From a bacterium (GTDB taxonomy: Bacteria > Hydrothermota > 32-111), in assembly GCA_046484245.1 (NCBI GenBank), contig JAWOBN010000060.1, positions 1 through 32,898 of the forward strand: 32,898 nucleotides of DNA, read 5' to 3'. Position numbers and translations under genes: made by a program. Shown one piece after another: positions 27,639 through 32,898 of the stretch. The first letter of the stretch is position 1. Every line of letters starts with the position of its first letter. The notes below the pieces were generated by a model. That model saw only the letters and a list, made by a program, of their open reading frames with translations. It made no database searches and was not told where the DNA came from.

Positions 27639-28687
27639 CTGCCGATTTTCCGCCTGCAAGGGGCGGCATAGCCAAGGCATCCTCAAATCTCCTCAAATTA
27701 TTGCAGAGAAGATACAATGTAAAAACACTTGTATTCAATATTGAGGGACAGTCACGGGACAGTATTAAATATGAACAGGCCGGTATTGTCAAAATACCGC
27801 GGGTAATCCGGCAATTCCTGAGAGACAATGATATTGACATGATAATGGTGATGACAATGTTCCCCTTGGGGTGGATACTGCCCTATGTAAACAGCGGCAT
27901 TCCTTCAGTCTATTTTATCTACGGCAGTGAACTCATAGAGAAGAACAGGTATAAACTGCGGCCATCGCATAATTTCATTCTGAAGAATGCCTACAGGACA
28001 ATTGCCATATCCCGGTTCACTGCGTCACTTGTAAAAACTGATACGGATATTTTCTATCCGCTCATTGATGCAGGTCAATACAATACAGGTACAGATAGGA
28101 AACATAATGATCATTTCACAATAGGCAGTATCGGCAGGATTGTAAGACATAAGAATTACGCTGCAGTTCTTGAGCGTATGGCATCAATATCAGGCAGAGT
28201 AGAGTCAGCAACAGGCAAAAGTGTGAAATATCAGATAGCTGGCACTGGTCCCGGCCTTGAGGACCTGCAGGATATTATTGACAGGAATGGACTTGGTGAA
28301 TACGCGGAGATCCTCGGTGGTATTGATGACAGTCAGAGGGACAGGTTCTACAGCAGTATAGACACACTTGCAGTACCGTCCATTGCAACAGATAGGGCTG
28401 TTGAGGGTTTCGGCCTTGTGGTGCAGGAGGCAGGATTATTCGGTGTGCCGTCAGCAGGATTCTCATCAGGCGGACTGGCGGAATCCATTGAAGACAGTGA
28501 GCTGCTGGCAGATGAGGGTGACCGGAAGGGTCTTGAGGATATTATTGTCAAATTGCTGACAGATAAGCAGTTCTATGATAAGAAATCAGAGTCTGCTCTG
28601 GGCAGAACGGATAAATATAAAATCAGTGATGACCGTCTTGATGATCTGGAGAGAATTATGGGAATTGGTAGCGGGGGCAGGATTTGA
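27617..28687 (+). CDS. GT4-family glycosyltransferase
   Basis: DFPPARGGIA, YGSE, IGRIVRHKN, AGTGP, EGFGLVVQEA, SGGLAE; likely start GTG27617. Confidence 0.9.
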   Translation: MENILLLTADFPPARGGIAKASSNLLKLLQRRYNVKTLVFNIEGQSRDSIKYEQAGIVKIPRVIRQFLRDNDIDMIMVMTMFPLGWILPYVNSGIPSVYFIYGSELIEKNRYKLRPSHNFILKNAYRTIAISRFTASLVKTDTDIFYPLIDAGQYNTGTDRKHNDHFTIGSIGRIVRHKNYAAVLERMASISGRVESATGKSVKYQIAGTGPGLEDLQDIIDRNGLGEYAEILGGIDDSQRDRFYSSIDTLAVPSIATDRAVEGFGLVVQEAGLFGVPSAGFSSGGLAESIEDSELLADEGDRKGLEDIIVKLLTDKQFYDKKSESALGRTDKYKISDDRLDDLERIMGIGSGGRI

Positions 28688-28740
28688 ACCTGCGACCTTC
28701 GGGTTATGAGCCCGATGAGCTACCATTGCTCCACCCCGCG
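28666..28740 (-). tRNA. tRNA-fMet (initiator, anticodon CAT)
   Basis: CGCGGGGTGGAGCAATGGTAGCTCATCGGGCTCATAACCCGAAGGTCGCAGGTTCAAATCCTGCCCCCGCTACCA: unpaired C1-U72, three G-C pairs in the anticodon stem, encoded CCA. Confidence 0.98.
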
Positions 28741-28757
28741 ATATTATTTAATTAAGT

Positions 28758-28785
28758 ATTATAGACCATAAAAATCATATGTCAA
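28758..28785 (-). promoter_or_regulatory. Consensus sigma70 promoter of tRNA-fMet
   Basis: Minus strand: TTGACA, 16 nt, TATAAT. Confidence 0.85.
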
Positions 28786-28800
28786 GGGGGGGCATGCTGC

Positions 28801-28856
28801 TGTTATTCCCAAATAAAAATGTCCCCTGAAATTACTATTAAAAAATGTCCCTTTTT
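28801..28856. mobile_element. Solo IS-like terminus (IS1202/ISNCY- or IS21-type architecture)
   Basis: Begins TGT and carries two AAAAATGTCCC direct repeats (28815-28825, 28841-28851); no transposase in the window. Confidence 0.45.
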
Positions 28857-28921
28857 GAGAAAAAAGATATCCCATCACCACACAATATATACGGATAATG
28901 CACTAATCATCACAATAAATT

Positions 28922-28947
28922 GTAGGGGTTCAACAATTTGAACCCTA
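28922..28947 (+). repeat. GTAG-type REP-like palindrome
   Basis: GTAG-GGGTTCAA-CAAT-TTGAACCC-TA. Confidence 0.6.
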
Positions 28948-29070
28948 ATATAAATTTCCCGACGCAAGACGATGGAGGGACGGAGGCGGAAGATATCAAA
29001 TAGATTTTGGGCAAAACTGGTCAAAATTGCCCATAAGCTTTGTTAATACTTGACTTACATAGTTTTCTGG

Positions 29071-29276
29071 CCAAATCCCAGGGACGTCCCTTTACATTGT
29101 CGACATTTCTGTTACGCAATAATATGATTTATGATTTCATAATTCAGTTAAAACTATATATACTTTAATTTACAACATATTCCAGACAAATAAATGTCGA
29201 CAGTTTCAACATACGTCCTTGGGATTTGGATGGGTGGTTTGACAAAATCAGGGGAAAGGGACGGATGTTGAAATTG
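29071..29276. repeat. Nested long inverted repeats (MITE/REPIN-like or structured RNA)
   Basis: 29071-29087 vs 29213-29229 (16/17); 29098-29108 vs 29192-29202 (11/11); 29201-29220 vs 29257-29276 (17/20). Confidence 0.65.
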
Positions 29277-29307
29277 GGGTTGTAAGAAGCAGGAGAGAAG
29301 AAGATTA

Positions 29308-29335
29308 TTGACAGAAGTGCTCTAATGATTACACT
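29308..29335 (+). promoter_or_regulatory. Putative sigma70 promoter for the exonuclease operon
   Basis: TTGACA, 16 nt, TACACT; SD GAGGT before ATG29356. Confidence 0.6.
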
Positions 29336-29355
29336 GATAAAAAAGTGAGGTTATT

Positions 29356-30030
29356 ATGAAAGAATGCGTTTTTGACATAGAAACAGCCGGATATGAGTGG
29401 GACAGTATTGATGACGGCATCAAGGATATACTGATTGACAAATTTGACAGTGTGGAGAATGCGAAGGCACAGCTCGGTCTCAATCCATTGATTTCCAAGA
29501 TCATTGTCATATCAATGCTTGACATTTCAAGCAGGAAGATATACACGTTCATGGAACCTGTGGAGAGGAATCTATTTGAGGGTGATTCGCAGAAGGAACT
29601 GGATGGTGATTATGAAATCATTATCAGAACAGGCGATGAAAGGACAATACTGGAGTATTTCTGGGAGGCAATAACAAATTACAAGAAGTACATAACATTC
29701 AATGGCAGGCATTTTGATATACCCTTCATTATATACAGGTCCATGTATCACAGATTGAAACCGACCAGAAAACTGATGACAAACAGGTATTATGCAGACA
29801 CGCATTTTGATATATATGATATGCTGACATTCTACAGTGCTGCATACGGTCATTCACTGGAGATGTGGTGCAGGACAATGGGTATAACCAATCCCAAGGA
29901 GCAGGGTATAAGCGGAGCAAATGTAGGCAAGTATTACAGGGAAGGCAGGATAAAGGAGATCGCACAGTACTGCAACAGGGATGTAATTGCCACTGCCCAG
30001 CTGTATGACAGAATAAAGGATTATTTCTAA
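29356..30030 (+). CDS. Stand-alone PolB-type DEDDy 3'-5' exonuclease (RNase H-like)
   Basis: ExoI FDIET, ExoII TFNGRHFDIPFI, ExoIII YCNRD. Confidence 0.88.
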   Translation: MKECVFDIETAGYEWDSIDDGIKDILIDKFDSVENAKAQLGLNPLISKIIVISMLDISSRKIYTFMEPVERNLFEGDSQKELDGDYEIIIRTGDERTILEYFWEAITNYKKYITFNGRHFDIPFIIYRSMYHRLKPTRKLMTNRYYADTHFDIYDMLTFYSAAYGHSLEMWCRTMGITNPKEQGISGANVGKYYREGRIKEIAQYCNRDVIATAQLYDRIKDYF

Positions 30031-30047
30031 AACAAAGGAGTAAATAT

Positions 30048-31289
30048 ATGGCAATAGTAAAACCATTCAAGGCAATAAGACCCAAGAAGGATGAGGTGGG
30101 TAAAATAGCAAGCCCCCCTTATGATGTGATGAATTCAGAGGAAGCAAGGGAATATGTCAAAGACAGACCATTGTCATTCATGCAAGTTGTCAAACCGGAA
30201 GTGGATCTGCCTGAGGATACAGACATATACGACGAGGCAGTGTATGATAAGGGCAGGGAAAATCTGGACAGACTGATTGAAGAGGGGCATCTTATTCAGG
30301 AAGACAAGGAAGCAATCTATATTTACAGGCAGCAGATGAATGAACACGAACAGACAGGCATTGTTGCCTGCGCTTCTGTTGATGATTATATAAATGATAT
30401 AATAAAGAAACATGAGCATACAAGGGAAGTCAAGGAAAATGACAGGGCAAAGCATGTGGAGACACTCAATGCGAACACAGGACCCGTTTTTCTGACATAC
30501 AAATCCCGGGAGAGTATAAAGGATATTATCAATGATTTTATCAATGATCATGAGAGCACCTATGATTTTACGGATGAGCTGGGCGTAAGGCATATACTGT
30601 ATGTTGTTGATGATGATAATGTCATAGAGAAATTAACCGGGGAATTTGACAGTATTGATTATCTGTATGTTGCAGATGGTCATCACAGAAGTGCAGCAGC
30701 CACCAGGGTTGCAGAGAAGAAGAGGGAAGAGAATCCCGATTACACAGGCAATGAAGAATTCAACTATTTCCTCTCAGTGATATTCCCTGATGATGAGATG
30801 CTCATAATGGATTACAACAGGGCAGTGAAGGACCTGGCCGGACTGGCTGAAGATGAATTCATGGACAGTATATCGGAAAAATTCTCAATTGATGAGAATG
30901 ACGGCAAATACAGTCCCGAGGGCAGACATTATTTCGGCATGTATATAAATGGTAAATGGTATAAGCTCAAGGCAAAGCAAGATATAATTGACAGTGACCC
31001 TGTCAAATCACTGGATGTATATATTCTTCAGGAACATCTCCTCTCGCCAGTGCTCGGCATAGGTGACCCCCGCAAAGATGAAAGGGTAAAATTCATTGGC
31101 GGCATAAGGGGACTGGAGGAACTGGAGCGTCTTGTTGACAGCGGGAAATTCAGTGTTGCATTCTCAATGTTCCCCACATCAATAAGGCAGCTGATGGAAG
31201 TGGCTGATGCAGGCAGGGTGATGCCCCCCAAATCCACTTGGTTTGAACCGAAATTGAGAAGCGGACTCTTTACCCACAGATTGTCATGA
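30048..31289 (+). CDS. DUF1015 family protein (ParB/Srx-like fold)
   Basis: PFKAIRP, PPYDV, IKKHEHTR, YVADGHHR, MPPKSTWFEPKLRSGL. Confidence 0.92.
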   Translation: MAIVKPFKAIRPKKDEVGKIASPPYDVMNSEEAREYVKDRPLSFMQVVKPEVDLPEDTDIYDEAVYDKGRENLDRLIEEGHLIQEDKEAIYIYRQQMNEHEQTGIVACASVDDYINDIIKKHEHTREVKENDRAKHVETLNANTGPVFLTYKSRESIKDIINDFINDHESTYDFTDELGVRHILYVVDDDNVIEKLTGEFDSIDYLYVADGHHRSAAATRVAEKKREENPDYTGNEEFNYFLSVIFPDDEMLIMDYNRAVKDLAGLAEDEFMDSISEKFSIDENDGKYSPEGRHYFGMYINGKWYKLKAKQDIIDSDPVKSLDVYILQEHLLSPVLGIGDPRKDERVKFIGGIRGLEELERLVDSGKFSVAFSMFPTSIRQLMEVADAGRVMPPKSTWFEPKLRSGLFTHRLS

Positions 31290-31324
31290 GTAAATCAGAG
31301 AGAATCTGTAGATGGATTTGAGAA

Positions 31325-31936
31325 ATGACAGATAGGGCATTGATAATCGGGTCAGGTGAGAGTATTGACCTCAAAGCCATGAAAGATTATCAGTACATCA
31401 TATGCGCTGACGGCGGCTATCATCATATTGAGGGAAAGATCAAACCTGATATTATTATTGGTGATTTTGATTCAGTGAGCCCCTGCAATCTGCCTCCGGA
31501 TATTGAAACAATGCGCTTTCCCGAAGACAAGGACAAGACGGATACGGAACTGTGTATCATTCATGCATTAAACAAGGGCATAGAACACATTGATATAACA
31601 GGCATATACGGGTCCAGGCCGGATCATTTCTTCACAGGCATCTCATTGCTCAGACGCTATATCGGCAAGGATATTACTCTGCAGACAGAACAGTTTTCAA
31701 TCTTCATGATAAAACCCTCTGAAAGATTTGTATTTGAGCAAATGAAAGGAAGAACAGTGAGTTTCTTCTCCCTGTCATCCAGGACACAGATCATTGATGC
31801 AGAGGGTTTCAAATACCCCTTGAAGAGGAAGAAACTGAAGCTCAAGATACCTGTCGGTGTGAGCAATCAGATAGTAATGGACAATGCTGAGATATACTAT
31901 AAAAAGGGAGCATTACTGTGTTTCATAGAAAAATAA
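31325..31936 (+). CDS. thiN: Thiamine pyrophosphokinase
   Basis: CADGG, IIGDFDS, KDKTDTE, GSRPDH, GFKYPL, GVSN. Confidence 0.93.
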   Translation: MTDRALIIGSGESIDLKAMKDYQYIICADGGYHHIEGKIKPDIIIGDFDSVSPCNLPPDIETMRFPEDKDKTDTELCIIHALNKGIEHIDITGIYGSRPDHFFTGISLLRRYIGKDITLQTEQFSIFMIKPSERFVFEQMKGRTVSFFSLSSRTQIIDAEGFKYPLKRKKLKLKIPVGVSNQIVMDNAEIYYKKGALLCFIEK

Positions 31937-32898
31937 TATTGACAATCTTAATTCCGGCAGTATTCATAGCTGCTGCATGCAGTACGCCTGCTCTGGAAAC
32001 GATTATTGAAGAATCGGGTTTTGAAGCCCGTGATATATGTTTCAGGAAGAATTACGGTCTGAATGATACCTTTGACAGTCCGCTCAGTGATTCCATACTG
32101 AATAACCCGTATCTGCTGTACAATAATTATGAAGGTATTGTGGATTCCCTGAAGGGTATTGACATTGATTCAAGTCATTACAGTGATGCAGATGATATCT
32201 TTGCACTGATTGAACAATTAAGCGCAGATATTGAAGATATTATGAGAAGCAGCATAAATACGGAGTTTGAACAGAACAGGAAGATTGTTTCTGCAGCACC
32301 GCTTATGTTCTTTGAGGATTCTCTCCATTATATGTACAGGGACGCATTGGAACGCAATATCAATGCTGAAGGTATTGGTTCTGAGACTGACCCTGATTCA
32401 ATTCTCACATATCTCAGTAACAGCAGTGCAGGATTTGATGAGATCCGCTCCCTCCGCGAGTCCTTTATTATGAGGATTGAGCAATTGATAGCAGAGGGTC
32501 TTATAAGGCCCATTGATACAATGCTCAGTTCAGGAAGACTGATTGTCTCATCCTCAGGCAATGATGTGTATGAAGAGGACTATGATTTTATCATAGACCT
32601 GGGAGGCAATGACACCTATATCAATCAATGCGGTGTTGTATATCCGTATACGAGGAGATTCAAATTCATCATAGACCTCTTCGGTGATGACTCCTATGTT
32701 TCAACAGACAGCTTTTCTGTCAGTCTCGGTTCTGTCAACGGGGTCACTTTTATTGAGGATTATTCGGGTAATGACAGGTATTATCTCCATAATTTCTCAC
32801 TGGCATCAGGATTTATCGGTTTTTCATCTGTCAGGGACAGAAGCGGTGATGATGTTTACTCATCGGGATTCTTCTCCCAGGGTGCCGGATTCTACGGC
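31918..32898 (+). CDS. Lipoprotein with D-x-x-G-[ND]-D-x-Y repeats; runs off the window end and is absent from the ORF track
   Basis: GTG31918 with SD AGGGAG; MFHRKIILTILIPAVFIAAAC lipobox; frame open for 327 codons; repeats SGNDVY, DLGGNDTY, DLFGDDSY, DYSGNDRY, DRSGDDVY. Confidence 0.85.
   Translation, partial: MFHRKIILTILIPAVFIAAACSTPALETIIEESGFEARDICFRKNYGLNDTFDSPLSDSILNNPYLLYNNYEGIVDSLKGIDIDSSHYSDADDIFALIEQLSADIEDIMRSSINTEFEQNRKIVSAAPLMFFEDSLHYMYRDALERNINAEGIGSETDPDSILTYLSNSSAGFDEIRSLRESFIMRIEQLIAEGLIRPIDTMLSSGRLIVSSSGNDVYEEDYDFIIDLGGNDTYINQCGVVYPYTRRFKFIIDLFGDDSYVSTDSFSVSLGSVNGVTFIEDYSGNDRYYLHNFSLASGFIGFSSVRDRSGDDVYSSGFFSQGAGFYG

Noticed and set aside
29112..29139. dif-like site (ATAA-N6-TTATG core)
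   Set aside because: The outer XerD arm reads ATTTCA instead of the conserved TTAAAT.
28801..29276. CRISPR array
   Set aside because: Only two 11-bp direct repeats plus inverted repeats; no repeat-spacer periodicity and no cas genes.
31939..31966. TTGACA-17-TATTCA promoter-like sequence after thiN
   Set aside because: It lies inside the signal-peptide coding region of the lipoprotein starting at GTG31918 and the -10 lacks the final T.
243..32561. Numerous 60-215 aa antisense or out-of-frame ORFs in the track (e.g. 15278-15925, 24891-25499, 22294-22830)
   Set aside because: They shadow well-supported genes, lack recognisable motifs and have typical antisense composition.

Overview
Chromosomal, mostly housekeeping segment from an AT-rich bacterium, probably a diderm anaerobe (secretin, lipoproteins, an Fe-S/flavin complex; standard code 11; taxon cannot be fixed from sequence alone). 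In order: ~120 bp GC-rich foreign fragment (probable chimeric contig end); 5'-truncated APC permease-PTS EIIA fusion; NuoE/NuoF/(NuoG-GltD) trio resembling the StnABC electron-bifurcating transhydrogenase, with a Rex-like box; Xis/BldC-like HTH gene heading pilMNOPQ, with 10-bp phased repeats in its promoter; degenerate plsY; leaderless CheY-like gene divergent from an AhpD-like gene and a 6-TM MCP; rho-rpmE; a 10.8-kb tightly coupled minus-strand run (giant TPR, coiled-coil/TPR, acidic protein, pyrR-pyrB-pyrC, 860-aa protein with a class III nucleotidyl cyclase domain); lepB and a GT4 glycosyltransferase overlapping tRNA-fMet; ~500 bp of mobile-element remnants (IS-like end, REP, nested inverted repeats); PolB-type exonuclease, DUF1015, thiN and a truncated GND-repeat lipoprotein. 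The best novelty candidates are the atypical cyclase coupled to pyrC and the Xis-like regulator of the pilus operon. No CRISPR, rRNA or intact transposase/integrase was seen.
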